From a phage, in the sequence record PX759567.1: DNA of 39,152 nt; one strand, 5' to 3'. The notes under the pieces are model-generated. The model was given only the letters and a program-made list of their open reading frames with translations. It made no database searches and had not been told where the DNA came from. Shown here in pieces: positions 27,284 through 38,447 of this stretch (position 1 is its first letter; each line of letters begins with the position of its first letter). The position numbers and the translations under genes were made by a program.

Positions 27284-27414
27284 AATATTACGTTATGCCT
27301 ATCCACACCAATAACGGTGCTACAGTTTGCACACCTGATGGCTTCGCAATGAAACAACGAATCGAACGCCTTAAGCGTGAACTGCGCACCAATCGCAAGC
27401 TCAACAATATCTAA
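27277..27414 (+). CDS. 0.6: gene 0.6 protein
   Basis: 45-aa ORF MLKYYVMPIHTNNGATVCTPDGFAMKQRIERLKRELRTNRKLNNI; start ambiguous (27277 or 27295). Confidence 0.6.
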   Translation: MLKYYVMPIHTNNGATVCTPDGFAMKQRIERLKRELRTNRKLNNI

Positions 27415-27432
27415 TCACATTAACACGGGAGA

Positions 27433-28521
27433 ATGCACAAAGTGAACGCTATCGACATCATGAACACTATCGACGCAATCAAAGCACTGCCAATCTGTGA
27501 ACTTGATAAGCGTCAAGGTATGCTCATTGATTTGCTGGTTGAGATGGTCAACAGCGAAACGTGTGACGGTGAGATCACCAAGCTGGACAAGCCGCTTGAA
27601 TTCCAAGACTGGTGGACTACCTTAAAGTGCTTGACTGCGGACGCTGGATTTATGATGCTCGGTAATGGTCACTTCTCAGCTGCTTATAGCCACCCGCTGC
27701 TGCCTAACAGGGTGATTAAGGTGGGCTTTAAGAAAGAGGATTCAGGCGCTGCATATACCGCATTCTGCCGCATGTATCAGGGTCGTGCTGGTATCCCTAA
27801 CGTCTACGATGTACAGCGTCACGCTGGATGCTATACGGTGGTACTGGATGCACTGAATGATTGCGAGCGTTTCAACAATGATGAACATTATAAATACGCT
27901 GAGATTGCAAGCGACATCATTGACTACAAGTCCGATGAGCACAACGAGTTAACTGGATGGGATGGGGAGTTCGTCGAGACTTGCAAGCTAATCCGCAAGT
28001 TCTTTGAGGGCATCGCTTCGTTCGACATGCACAGTGGGAACATCATGTTCAGTGACGATGGTACGCCATTCATTACCGACCCTGTATCGTTCTCACAGAA
28101 GAAAGACGGTGGTGCATTCAGCATGGACCTTGAGGAACTCATCAAAGAAGTCGAGGAGGTCGCACACCAGAAAGCAATAGACCGCGCTAAGGCACGTAAA
28201 GCACGCCACGTGGGGCGCTTAGAGGCTCGCAAAGTGCAACGCCGCAACCGTAAGGCACGTAAAGCACACAAAGCTAAGCGTGAAAGAATGCTTGCTGCGT
28301 GGCGCATGGCTGAGCGTCAAGAACGACGTAACCATGAGGTAGCTGTGGATGTACTAGGAAGAACCAATAACGCTATGCTATGGGTTAACATGTTCGCTGG
28401 GGACTTTAAGGCGCTTGAAGAACGAATAGCGGCCAACTGGTTAGAGGCTGACCGCATGGCTATCGTTAATGGTATGCCGCTAAACATTGATAAGAAACTT
28501 GACGCAATGCTAATGGGCTGA
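27433..28521 (+). CDS. 0.7: Ser/Thr protein kinase and host transcription shutoff gp0.7
   Basis: 362-aa ORF matching T7 gp0.7 (…[32 protein letters not shown]…). Confidence 0.95.
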   Translation: MHKVNAIDIMNTIDAIKALPICELDKRQGMLIDLLVEMVNSETCDGEITKLDKPLEFQDWWTTLKCLTADAGFMMLGNGHFSAAYSHPLLPNRVIKVGFKKEDSGAAYTAFCRMYQGRAGIPNVYDVQRHAGCYTVVLDALNDCERFNNDEHYKYAEIASDIIDYKSDEHNELTGWDGEFVETCKLIRKFFEGIASFDMHSGNIMFSDDGTPFITDPVSFSQKKDGGAFSMDLEELIKEVEEVAHQKAIDRAKARKARHVGRLEARKVQRRNRKARKAHKAKRERMLAAWRMAERQERRNHEVAVDVLGRTNNAMLWVNMFAGDFKALEERIAANWLEADRMAIVNGMPLNIDKKLDAMLMG

Positions 28522-28575
28522 TAGTCTTATCTTACAGGTCATCTGCGGGTGGCCTGAATAGATACGATTTCTGAC
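28522..28575 (+). promoter_or_regulatory. RNase III site R1 region upstream of gene 1
   Basis: CTTACAGGTC ... GGCCTGAATAG hairpin. Confidence 0.45.
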
Positions 28576-28590
28576 CGAAAGAGGTATAAA

Positions 28591-31242
28591 ATGAGCACGA
28601 TTAACATCGCTAAGAACGATTTCTCTGACATCGAACTGGCTGCTATCCCGTTCAACACTCTGGCTGACCACTATGGTGAGCGCCTAGCTCGCGAGCAGTT
28701 GGCCCTTGAGCATGAGTCTTACGAAATGGGAGAAGCACGTTTCCGCAAGATGTTTGAGCGTCAACTCAAGGCCGGTGAGGTTGCAGACAATGCGGCTGCT
28801 AAACCTCTCATTACTACCCTACTCCCTAAGATGATTGCACGCATCAACGACTGGTTTGAGGAAGTGAAAGCTAAGCGAGGTAAGCGCCCGACAGCCTTCC
28901 AGTTCCTGCAAGAAATCAAGCCGGAAGCTGTAGCGTACATCACCATTAAGACCACTCTGGCTTGCCTAACCAGTGCAGACAATACAACCGTTCAGGCTGT
29001 AGCAAGTGCAATCGGTCGAGCCATTGAGGACGAGGCGCGCTTTGGTCGAATCCGCGACCTTGAAGCTAAGCACTTCAAGAAAAACGTTGAGGAACAACTC
29101 AACAAGCGCGTAGGGCACGTCTACAAGAAAGCATTAATGCAGGTTGTAGAAGCGGACATGCTCTCTAAGGGTCTACTGGGAGGTGAGGCGTGGTCTTCGT
29201 GGCATAAGGAAGACTCCATTCACGTTGGTGTGCGCTGCATTGAGATGCTCATTGAGTCAACCGGAATGGTTAGCTTGCATCGTCAAAACTCTGGTGTAGT
29301 TGGTCAAGACTCTGAGACTATCGAACTGACACCGGAATACGCTGAGGCTATCGCAACCCGTGCAGGTGCTCTGGCTGGCATCTCTCCGATGTTCCAACCT
29401 TGTGTAGTTCCTCCTAAGCCTTGGACTGGTATTACTGGTGGTGGCTATTGGGCTAACGGTCGCCGTCCTCTGGCACTGGTACGCACTCACAGTAAGAAAG
29501 CACTGATGCGCTACGAAGATGTTTACATGCCTGAGGTATACAAGGCGATTAACATTGCGCAAAACACCGCATGGAAAATCAACAAGAAAGTCCTAGCGGT
29601 AGCCAATGTAATCACCAAGTGGAAGCACTGCCCCGTAGAGGACATCCCAGCGATTGAGCGTGAAGAACTCCCGATGAAACCGGAAGACATCGACACGAAT
29701 CCTGAGGCGCTGACCGCTTGGAAACGTGCCGCTGCCGCTGTGTACCGTAAAGACAAGGCCCGTAAGTCTCGCCGCATTAGTCTGGAGTTCATGCTTGAGC
29801 AAGCCAACAAGTTTGCTAACCATAAAGCAATCTGGTTCCCTTACAACATGGACTGGCGTGGTCGTGTATACGCTGTGTCAATGTTCAATCCGCAAGGTAA
29901 CGACATGACCAAAGGTCTGCTGACACTGGCTAAAGGTAAACCAATCGGCAAAGAAGGATTCTACTGGCTGAAAATCCACGGGGCAAACTGCGCGGGAGTT
30001 GATAAGGTTCCATTCCCTGAGCGCATCAAGTTCATTGAGGACAACCACGATAACATCATGGCTTGCGCTAAGTCCCCACTGGAGAACACTTGGTGGGCTG
30101 AGCAAGATTCTCCGTTCTGCTTCCTTGCGTTCTGCTTTGAGTACGCTGGAGTGCAGCACCACGGATTAAGTTACAACTGCTCTCTTCCTCTGGCGTTCGA
30201 TGGGTCTTGCTCTGGTATTCAGCACTTCTCCGCAATGCTCCTTGATGAGATAGGCGGTCGTGCGGTTAACCTGCTGCCTAGTTCAACAGTTCAGGACATC
30301 TACGGGATTGTCGCTAAGAAAGTAAATGTGATTCTGCAAGAAGATGTAATCAACGGGACCGACAACGAAGTAGTTACCGTGACCGATGAGAACACTGGCG
30401 AAATCTCTGAGAAAGTCAAGCTGGGCACTAAGGCATTGGCTGGTCAGTGGTTGGCTTACGGTGTTACTCGTAGCGTGACTAAGCGTTCAGTCATGACGCT
30501 GGCTTACGGGTCCAAAGAGTTCGGCTTCCGTCAACAAGTGCTGGAAGATACCATTCAGCCAGCTATTGATTCAGGCAAGGGTCTGATGTTTACTCAGCCG
30601 AATCAGGCCGCTGGATACATGGCGAAACTGATTTGGGAAGCTGTGAGTGTGACGGTGGTAGCCGCTGTGGAAGCTATGAACTGGCTTAAGTCTGCTGCTA
30701 AGCTGCTTGCTGCTGAGGTCAAAGATAAGAAGACTGGAGAGATTCTACGCAAGCGTTGCGCTGTACATTGGGTTACTCCTGATGGGTTCCCTGTGTGGCA
30801 GGAATACAAGAAGCCAATCCAGACTCGCTTGAACCTGATGTTCCTCGGTCAGTTCCGCTTACAGCCGACCATTAACACCAACAAAGATAGCGAGATTGAC
30901 GCGCACAAGCAGGAGTCCGGTATTGCTCCTAACTTTGTGCACAGCCAAGACGGTAGCCACCTGCGTAAGACTGTAGTGTGGGCACACGAGAAGTACGGAA
31001 TCGAATCGTTTGCATTGATTCACGACTCCTTCGGGACCATTCCCGCTGACGCTGCCAACCTGTTCAAAGCTGTACGTGAAACTATGGTTGACACATATGA
31101 GTCTTGTGATGTACTGGCTGACTTCTACGACCAGTTCGCTGACCAGTTGCATGAGTCTCAATTGGACAAAATGCCAGCACTTCCTGCTAAAGGTAACTTG
31201 AATCTCCAAGACATCCTTAAGTCAGACTTCGCGTTCGCGTAA
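28591..31242 (+). CDS. 1: T7-type single-subunit DNA-directed RNA polymerase
   Basis: 883-aa ORF near-identical to T7 RNAP (MSTINIAKNDFSDIELAAIPFNTLADHYGERLAREQ...). Confidence 0.98.
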   Translation: MSTINIAKNDFSDIELAAIPFNTLADHYGERLAREQLALEHESYEMGEARFRKMFERQLKAGEVADNAAAKPLITTLLPKMIARINDWFEEVKAKRGKRPTAFQFLQEIKPEAVAYITIKTTLACLTSADNTTVQAVASAIGRAIEDEARFGRIRDLEAKHFKKNVEEQLNKRVGHVYKKALMQVVEADMLSKGLLGGEAWSSWHKEDSIHVGVRCIEMLIESTGMVSLHRQNSGVVGQDSETIELTPEYAEAIATRAGALAGISPMFQPCVVPPKPWTGITGGGYWANGRRPLALVRTHSKKALMRYEDVYMPEVYKAINIAQNTAWKINKKVLAVANVITKWKHCPVEDIPAIEREELPMKPEDIDTNPEALTAWKRAAAAVYRKDKARKSRRISLEFMLEQANKFANHKAIWFPYNMDWRGRVYAVSMFNPQGNDMTKGLLTLAKGKPIGKEGFYWLKIHGANCAGVDKVPFPERIKFIEDNHDNIMACAKSPLENTWWAEQDSPFCFLAFCFEYAGVQHHGLSYNCSLPLAFDGSCSGIQHFSAMLLDEIGGRAVNLLPSSTVQDIYGIVAKKVNVILQEDVINGTDNEVVTVTDENTGEISEKVKLGTKALAGQWLAYGVTRSVTKRSVMTLAYGSKEFGFRQQVLEDTIQPAIDSGKGLMFTQPNQAAGYMAKLIWEAVSVTVVAAVEAMNWLKSAAKLLAAEVKDKKTGEILRKRCAVHWVTPDGFPVWQEYKKPIQTRLNLMFLGQFRLQPTINTNKDSEIDAHKQESGIAPNFVHSQDGSHLRKTVVWAHEKYGIESFALIHDSFGTIPADAANLFKAVRETMVDTYESCDVLADFYDQFADQLHESQLDKMPALPAKGNLNLQDILKSDFAFA

Positions 31243-31250
31243 CGTCAAAT

Positions 31251-31273
31251 TAATACGACTCACTATAGAGGGG
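31251..31273 (+). promoter_or_regulatory. T7 RNAP promoter phi1.1A
   Basis: TAATACGACTCACTATAGAGGGG. Confidence 0.85.
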
Positions 31274-31315
31274 ACAAACTCAAGGTCATTCGCAAGAGTG
31301 GCCTTTATGATTGAC
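31272..31315 (+). promoter_or_regulatory. RNase III site R1.1
   Basis: ACTCAAGGTC ... GGCCTTTATGATT. Confidence 0.55.
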
Positions 31316-31326
31316 CTTCTTCCGGT

Positions 31327-31349
31327 TAATACGACTCACTATAGGGAGA
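31327..31349 (+). promoter_or_regulatory. T7 RNAP promoter phi1.1B
   Basis: exact consensus. Confidence 0.9.
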
Positions 31350-31428
31350 ACCTTAAGGTTTAACTTTAAGACCATTAAGTGTTAATTAGAGATTTAAATT
31401 AAAGAATTACTAATAGAGGACTTTAAGT
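31350..31428 (+). other. AT-rich primary origin of replication region downstream of phi1.1A/B
   Basis: AT-rich stretch after paired promoters, as in T7; functional assignment by homology. Confidence 0.5.
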
Positions 31429-31557
31429 ATGCGTAACTTCGAAAAGATGACCAAACGTTCTAACCGTAACGCTCATGACTTCGAGGCAACTAAGGGTCGC
31501 AAGTTGAATAAGACTAAGCGTGACCGTTCTCATAAACGTAGCTGGGAGGGTCAGTAA
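31429..31557 (+). CDS. 1.1: gene 1.1 protein
   Basis: 42-aa basic ORF MRNFEKMTKRSNRNAHDFEATKGRKLNKTKRDRSHKRSWEGQ. Confidence 0.8.
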   Translation: MRNFEKMTKRSNRNAHDFEATKGRKLNKTKRDRSHKRSWEGQ

Positions 31558-31558
31558 G

Positions 31559-31831
31559 ATGGGACGTTTATATAGCGGCAATCTGGCAGCATACAAAGAT
31601 GCTATCAAGCGCCTCAGAGAAGACCATGCCGTCGATGTGGTCACTGAGACTTATCGACGTGAAGACTACGCACAGCGCCGATGGGTAGCTGGTGAGACTC
31701 TTCGAGTGGTCTTGCGGAATGGCGTAGAGTTAACATCTAATAAGTTCGAGCACGATGATGAAGATGTACGCTGTAACGCACAGACCGAATGGTTACGCAA
31801 GGTGCATAGTGATTTGAAGCACTGGAAGTAA
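31559..31831 (+). CDS. 1.2: gp1.2, host dGTPase (Dgt) inhibitor
   Basis: 90 aa from ATG 31559 (MGRLYSGNLAAYKDAIKRL...). Confidence 0.85.
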   Translation: MGRLYSGNLAAYKDAIKRLREDHAVDVVTETYRREDYAQRRWVAGETLRVVLRNGVELTSNKFEHDDEDVRCNAQTEWLRKVHSDLKHWK

Positions 31832-31851
31832 TACGACTCAGTATAGGGACA
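31829..31851 (+). promoter_or_regulatory. T7 RNAP promoter phi1.3
   Basis: TAATACGACTCAGTATAGGGACA. Confidence 0.85.
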
Positions 31852-31890
31852 ATGCTTAAGGTCGCTCATTGAGTGGCCTTAGTCATTTAA
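31850..31890 (+). promoter_or_regulatory. RNase III site R1.3
   Basis: GCTTAAGGTCGCTCATTGAGTGGCCTTAGTCATT. Confidence 0.5.
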
Positions 31891-31909
31891 CCAATAGGAG
31901 ATAAACATT

Positions 31910-32932
31910 ATGATGAACATTAAGACCAGTCCGTTTAAAGCCGTGTCCTTTGTTGAATCCGCTGTGAAGAAGGCGTTAGACAATGCTGGATACCTAATTG
32001 TCGATTGTAAATATGATGGTGTACGTGGTAACATCTGCGTAGACAATACCGCCAACAGTTGCTGGCTCTCTCGTGTATCTAAAACGATTCCGGCACTGGA
32101 GCACCTAAACGGGTTCGATGTTCGCTGGAAGCGTCTACTGAACGATGACCGTTGCTTCTACAAAGATGGCTTTATGCTCGATGGGGAACTCATGGTCAAG
32201 GGAGTAGACTTTAACACTGGGTCCGGCCTACTGCGTACCAAATGGACTGACACCAAGAACCAAGAGTTCCACGAAGAGTTATTCGTTGAACCAGTCCGTA
32301 AGAAAGATAGAGTTCCCTTTAAGCTACACACTGGACACCTCCACGTCAAACTATACGCTATCCTTCCGCTGCACATCGTTGAGTCTGGAGAAGATTGTGA
32401 CGTTATGACGTTGCTCATGCAGGAACACGTTAAGAACATGCTGCCTCTGCTACAGGAATACTTCCCTGAAATTGAATGGCAAGCGGCTGAGTCTTACGAG
32501 GTCTACGACATGGTGGAACTTCAACAACTGTACGAGAAGAAGCGTGAAGAAGGGCATGAGGGTCTCATTGTGAAAGACCCGATGTGCATCTATAAGCGCG
32601 GTAAGAAGTCCGGCTGGTTCAAAATGAAGCCAGAGAACGAGGCTGACGGTATCATTCAAGGTGTAAACTGGGGAACAGAAGGACTTGCTAACGAAGGTAA
32701 AGTTATCGGCTTTAGTGTGTTGCTAGAAAGTGGATGCGTAGTCAATGCCAATAACATCTCACGGGAACTGATGGATGAATTTACAGCTAACGTTAAAGAA
32801 CATGGCGAGGACTACTACAACGGCTGGGCTTGTCAAATTAGCTTCATGGAAGAGACACCCAATGGAAACCTCAGACACCCTTCCTTCACCTGCTTCCGTG
32901 GCACCGAAGATAATCCTCAAGAGAAAATGTAA
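31910..32932 (+). CDS. 1.3: ATP-dependent DNA ligase gp1.3
   Basis: 340-aa ORF; KYDGVRG adenylation motif; T7-like but about 19 aa shorter. Confidence 0.95.
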   Translation: MMNIKTSPFKAVSFVESAVKKALDNAGYLIVDCKYDGVRGNICVDNTANSCWLSRVSKTIPALEHLNGFDVRWKRLLNDDRCFYKDGFMLDGELMVKGVDFNTGSGLLRTKWTDTKNQEFHEELFVEPVRKKDRVPFKLHTGHLHVKLYAILPLHIVESGEDCDVMTLLMQEHVKNMLPLLQEYFPEIEWQAAESYEVYDMVELQQLYEKKREEGHEGLIVKDPMCIYKRGKKSGWFKMKPENEADGIIQGVNWGTEGLANEGKVIGFSVLLESGCVVNANNISRELMDEFTANVKEHGEDYYNGWACQISFMEETPNGNLRHPSFTCFRGTEDNPQEKM

Positions 32933-32939
32933 CCACACT

Positions 32940-32970
32940 GGCTCACCTTAGGGTGGGCCTTTCTGCGTTT
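32940..32970 (+). terminator. early terminator TE
   Basis: GGCTCACC-TTAG-GGTGGGCC hairpin followed by TTTCTGCGTTT. Confidence 0.8.
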
Positions 32971-32992
32971 AATACGACTCACTAAAGGAGGT
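32970..32992 (+). promoter_or_regulatory. T7 RNAP promoter phi1.5
   Basis: TAATACGACTCACTAAAGGAGGT. Confidence 0.8.
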
Positions 32993-32999
32993 ACACATC

Positions 33000-33092
33000 A
33001 TGATGTACTTAATGCCATTACTCATTGTCATCATAGGATGCCTTGCGCTCCACTGTAGCGATGATGATGATATGCCAGATGGTCACGCTTAA
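33000..33092 (+). CDS. 1.5: gene 1.5 small protein
   Basis: 30-aa ORF MMYLMPLLIVIIGCLALHCSDDDDMPDGHA downstream of phi1.5. Confidence 0.5.
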   Translation: MMYLMPLLIVIIGCLALHCSDDDDMPDGHA

Positions 33093-33112
33093 TACGACTC
33101 ACTAAAGGAGAC
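33090..33112 (+). promoter_or_regulatory. T7 RNAP promoter phi1.6
   Basis: TAATACGACTCACTAAAGGAGAC. Confidence 0.8.
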
Positions 33113-33117
33113 ACTAT

Positions 33118-33378
33118 ATGTTTCGACTTCATTACAACAAAAGTCTTGAGAATTTCACGGTTCGCCGTGCTGATCGTTCAATCGTATGTGCGAGCGAGCG
33201 CCGAGCTAAGTTACCTCTTATTGGTAACACAGTTCCTTTGGCACCGAGCGTCCACATCATTATCACCCGTGGTGACTTTGAGAAAGCAATAGACAAGAAA
33301 CGTCCGGTTCTTAGTGTGGCAGTGACCCGCTTCCCGTTCGTCCGTCTGTTACTCAAGAGAATCAAGGAGGTGTTCTGA
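33118..33378 (+). CDS. 1.6: gene 1.6 protein
   Basis: 86-aa ORF at T7 gene 1.6 position. Confidence 0.8.
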   Translation: MFRLHYNKSLENFTVRRADRSIVCASERRAKLPLIGNTVPLAPSVHIIITRGDFEKAIDKKRPVLSVAVTRFPFVRLLLKRIKEVF

Positions 33379-33608
33379 TGAGCAAAGACATGGTAAACCA
33401 ACCTGCGCATTATACTTCTGGTGGTATTGAGTGCCTTGACGCTATCAGGGCTTCGATGACAGAGGAGGCATTTAAGGGCTTCCTGAAAGGTAACGTACTT
33501 AAGTATATGTGGCGCTACGAGAAGAAATTTAATCCAACTGAGGACTTAAAGAAAGCTAAGTGGTATTTGAAGCGTCTGGAGGAAGTAAATGAAAAGGATA
33601 AATCCTAA
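33378..33608 (+). CDS. 1.7: short gene 1.7 homologue (C-terminal-domain-only form of T7 gp1.7 nucleotide kinase)
   Basis: 76-aa ORF overlapping 1.6 stop; PAHYTSGGIECLDAIRASMTEEAFKGFLKGNVLKYMWRY aligns with the C-terminal part of T7 gp1.7 as recalled. Confidence 0.7.
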   Translation: MSKDMVNQPAHYTSGGIECLDAIRASMTEEAFKGFLKGNVLKYMWRYEKKFNPTEDLKKAKWYLKRLEEVNEKDKS

Positions 33609-34009
33609 AACAGGAGAACCTTTCAAACGTGGTGATGTGAGAGAAGACTGATACGTGTTCTCCACATACCAAAAGTCCATTATCAAATCTGACGGGTATT
33701 TCAAGGAATGCTGGCTTAGGCCAGACCGTTTAGAAGCTCAGAAAGTAGCATCCTCTAAGTGCGGAGTAATCTGGCAGAGAAAGAAGAGGGCTGAAGCGAA
33801 GCAATGGGTAGATGCCTTTAAGGTTGAGAAAGGGTGTGCTATGTGCGGGTACAATGCCCATCCTGCTGCTCTGGACTTTGACCACATTGATAGAAGTACA
33901 AAGGCGTTTGAAGTGAGTCAATTCCTTGGAATAAAGTCAGATGAAGACATTAAGCTAGAGATAGCGAAGTGTCGCGTTATGTGTGCAAACTGTCATAGGA
34001 TAAAATCAT

Positions 34010-34376
<367 letters not shown>

Positions 34377-34379
<3 letters not shown>

Positions 34380-34399
34380 TACGACTCACTATTAGGGAA
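34377..34399 (+). promoter_or_regulatory. T7 RNAP promoter phi2.5
   Basis: TAATACGACTCACTATTAGGGAA. Confidence 0.85.
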
Positions 34400-34444
34400 G
34401 ACTCCCTTTGAGAAACCAAACGAAACCTAAAGGAGATTAACATT

Positions 34445-35143
34445 ATGGCTAAGAAGATTTTCACCTCTGCACTGGGTACTGCCGAACCTTACGCTTACAT
34501 TTCTAAGCCGGACTACGGTAACGAAGAGCGTGGCTTTGGGAACCCTCGTGGTGTATACAAAGTTGACCTGACTATTCCCAACAAAGACCCGCGCTGCCAA
34601 CGTATGGTCGATGAAATCGTGAAGTGTCACGAAGAGGCTTATGCTGCTGCCGTTGAGGAATATGAAGCGAACCCGCCTGCTGTAGCTCGTGGTAAGAAAC
34701 CACTGAAACCGTATGAAGGTGACATGCCGTTCTTCGATAACGGTGACGGCACGACTACCTTTAAATTCAAATGCTACGCGTCTTTCCAAGACAAGAAAAC
34801 CAAAGAGACCAAGCACATCAATCTGGTTGTGGTTGACTCCAAAGGTAAGAAGATGGAAGACGTTCCGATTATCGGCGGTGGCTCTAAACTGAAAGTCAAA
34901 TACTCTCTGGTTCCGTACAAGTGGAACACTGCTGTAGGTGCGAGCGTTAAGCTGCAACTGGAATCCGTAATGCTGGTCGAACTGGCTACATTTGGTGGCG
35001 GTGAAGACGATTGGGCCGATGAAGTCGAAGAGAACGGCTATGTTGCCTCTGGTTCTGCCAAAGCGAGCAAACCACGCGACGAAGAAAGCTGGGACGAAGA
35101 CGATGAAGGGTCCGAAGAAGCAGACGAAGACGGAGACTTCTAA
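34445..35143 (+). CDS. 2.5: single-stranded DNA-binding protein gp2.5
   Basis: 232-aa ORF with acidic C-terminal tail ...EEADEDGDF, as T7 gp2.5. Confidence 0.95.
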   Translation: MAKKIFTSALGTAEPYAYISKPDYGNEERGFGNPRGVYKVDLTIPNKDPRCQRMVDEIVKCHEEAYAAAVEEYEANPPAVARGKKPLKPYEGDMPFFDNGDGTTTFKFKCYASFQDKKTKETKHINLVVVDSKGKKMEDVPIIGGGSKLKVKYSLVPYKWNTAVGASVKLQLESVMLVELATFGGGEDDWADEVEENGYVASGSAKASKPRDEESWDEDDEGSEEADEDGDF

Positions 35144-35599
35144 GTGGCTGGCGCATACGCTGCGCGTGGTATCCGAAAGGTCGGGACATTCCGTTCCGGC
35201 CTAGAAGATAAGGTCTCTAAGCAGCTAGAGGGTAAGGGCATTAAGTTCGACTATGAACTGTGGAAAATCCCTTACGTTGTCCCTGCGAGCAACCATGTGT
35301 ATACTCCAGACTTCCTGCTGCCTAACGGAATCTTTATTGAAACCAAAGGTTTATGGGAGAGTGACGACCGAAAGAAACACTTATTGATTCGCGAACAGTT
35401 TCCTGAACTGGACATCCGACTGGTGTTCTCAAGCTCACGCACCAAGCTGTACAAAGGGTCCCCGACCAGTTACGGTGAGTGGTGTGAGAAGCATGGTATC
35501 CTGTTTGCTGACAAATTAATTCCTGTAGAATGGCTCAAAGAACCCAAAAAGGAGGTGCCATTTGACAAGCTGAAACAATCGAAGGGAGGAAAGAAATAA
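35144..35599 (+). CDS. 3: endonuclease I (Holliday junction resolvase) gp3
   Basis: 151-aa ORF, GTG start, matches T7 gp3 (…HLLIREQFPELDIRLVFSSSRTKLYKGSPTSYGEWCEKHG…). Confidence 0.95.
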   Translation: MAGAYAARGIRKVGTFRSGLEDKVSKQLEGKGIKFDYELWKIPYVVPASNHVYTPDFLLPNGIFIETKGLWESDDRKKHLLIREQFPELDIRLVFSSSRTKLYKGSPTSYGEWCEKHGILFADKLIPVEWLKEPKKEVPFDKLKQSKGGKK

Positions 35600-36054
35600 T
35601 GGCTCGTGTACAGTTTAAACAACGTGAATCTACTGACGCAATCTTTGTCCACTGCTCGGCTACCAAGCCAAGTCAGAATGTAGGTGTCCGTGAGATTCGC
35701 CAGTGGCATAAAGAGCAAGGTTGGCTTGATGTTGGGTATCACTTTATCATCAAGCGCGATGGCACTGTAGAGGAAGGCCGAGATGAGATGGCTGTAGGCT
35801 CTCACGCTAAGGGCTACAATCACAACTCTATTGGTGTCTGCCTTGTAGGTGGTATTGATGATAAGGGTAAGTTCGACGCTAACTTTACGCCAGCCCAAAT
35901 GCAATCCCTCCGCTCACTGCTTGTCACACTTCTGGCTAAGTACGAAGGCGCTGTGCTTCGCGCACATCACGATGTGGCCCCTAAGGCTTGCCCTTCGTTC
36001 GACCTTAAGCGTTGGTGGGAAACTAACGAACTGGTCACTTCTGACCGTGGATAA
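35599..36054 (+). CDS. 3.5: lysozyme (N-acetylmuramoyl-L-alanine amidase, RNAP inhibitor) gp3.5
   Basis: 151-aa ORF matching T7 lysozyme. Confidence 0.95.
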   Translation: MARVQFKQRESTDAIFVHCSATKPSQNVGVREIRQWHKEQGWLDVGYHFIIKRDGTVEEGRDEMAVGSHAKGYNHNSIGVCLVGGIDDKGKFDANFTPAQMQSLRSLLVTLLAKYEGAVLRAHHDVAPKACPSFDLKRWWETNELVTSDRG

Positions 36055-36055
36055 T

Positions 36056-36078
36056 TAATTGAACTCACTAAAGGGAGA
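36056..36078 (+). promoter_or_regulatory. T7 RNAP promoter phi3.8
   Basis: TAATTGAACTCACTAAAGGGAGA. Confidence 0.8.
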
Positions 36079-36110
36079 CCACAACGGTTTCCCTTTGTTC
36101 GCATTGTTGA

Positions 36111-37826
<1,716 letters not shown>

Positions 37827-37844
37827 CAGGATTCTTGATGATTT

Positions 37845-37867
37845 TAATACGACTCACTAAAGGAGAC
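37845..37867 (+). promoter_or_regulatory. T7 RNAP promoter phi4.3
   Basis: TAATACGACTCACTAAAGGAGAC. Confidence 0.85.
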
Positions 37868-37872
37868 ACACC

Positions 37873-38085
37873 ATGTTCAAACTGATTAAGAAATTAGGCC
37901 AACTGCTGGTTCGTATGTATAACGTGGAAGCAAAGCGTCTGAACGATGAGGCTCGTAAAGAGGCCACACAATCACGCGCTCTGGCTATTCGCTCCAACGA
38001 ACTGGCTGATAGTGCATCCACTAAAGTTACAGAAGCTGCTCGTGTAGCAAACCAAGCTCAACAGCTTTCCAAATTCTTTGAGTAA
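37873..38085 (+). CDS. 4.3: gene 4.3 protein
   Basis: 70-aa ORF at T7 gene 4.3 position. Confidence 0.8.
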   Translation: MFKLIKKLGQLLVRMYNVEAKRLNDEARKEATQSRALAIRSNELADSASTKVTEAARVANQAQQLSKFFE

Positions 38086-38104
38086 TCGAACAGGAGAAAC
38101 CATT

Positions 38105-38374
38105 ATGTCTAACGTAGCTGAAACTATCCGTCTATCCGATACCGCTGACCAGTGGAACCGTCGAGTCCACATCAACGTTCGCAACGGTAAGGCGACTATG
38201 GTTTACCGCTGGAAGGACTCTAAGTCCTCTAAGAATCACACTCATCGTATGACGTTGACAGATGAGCAAGCACTGCGTCTGGTCAATGCGCTTACCAAAG
38301 CTGCCGTGACAGCAATTCATGAAGCTGGTCGCGTCAATGAAGCTATTGCTATCCTCGACAAGATTGATAGCTAA
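38105..38374 (+). CDS. 4.5: gene 4.5 protein
   Basis: 89 aa from ATG 38105. Confidence 0.8.
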   Translation: MSNVAETIRLSDTADQWNRRVHINVRNGKATMVYRWKDSKSSKNHTHRMTLTDEQALRLVNALTKAAVTAIHEAGRVNEAIAILDKIDS

Positions 38375-38375
38375 G

Positions 38376-38420
38376 AGTGGTATACTCAAGGTCACCCAAG
38401 TGGTGGCCTTCATGAATACT
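38376..38420 (+). promoter_or_regulatory. RNase III site R4.7
   Basis: ACTCAAGGTC ... GGCCTTCATGAAT. Confidence 0.5.
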
Positions 38421-38441
38421 ATTCGACTCACTATAGGAGAT
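38419..38441 (+). promoter_or_regulatory. T7 RNAP promoter phi4.7
   Basis: CTATTCGACTCACTATAGGAGAT. Confidence 0.7.
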
Positions 38442-38447
38442 ATTACC

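Noticed and set aside
27085-27414. 109-aa ORF from the ORF track spanning R0.5 through gene 0.6
   Set aside because: Its 5' part runs through the RNase III hairpin and overlaps gene 0.5 in another frame; only the 3' part (gene 0.6 from ATG 27277) corresponds to a T7 gene.
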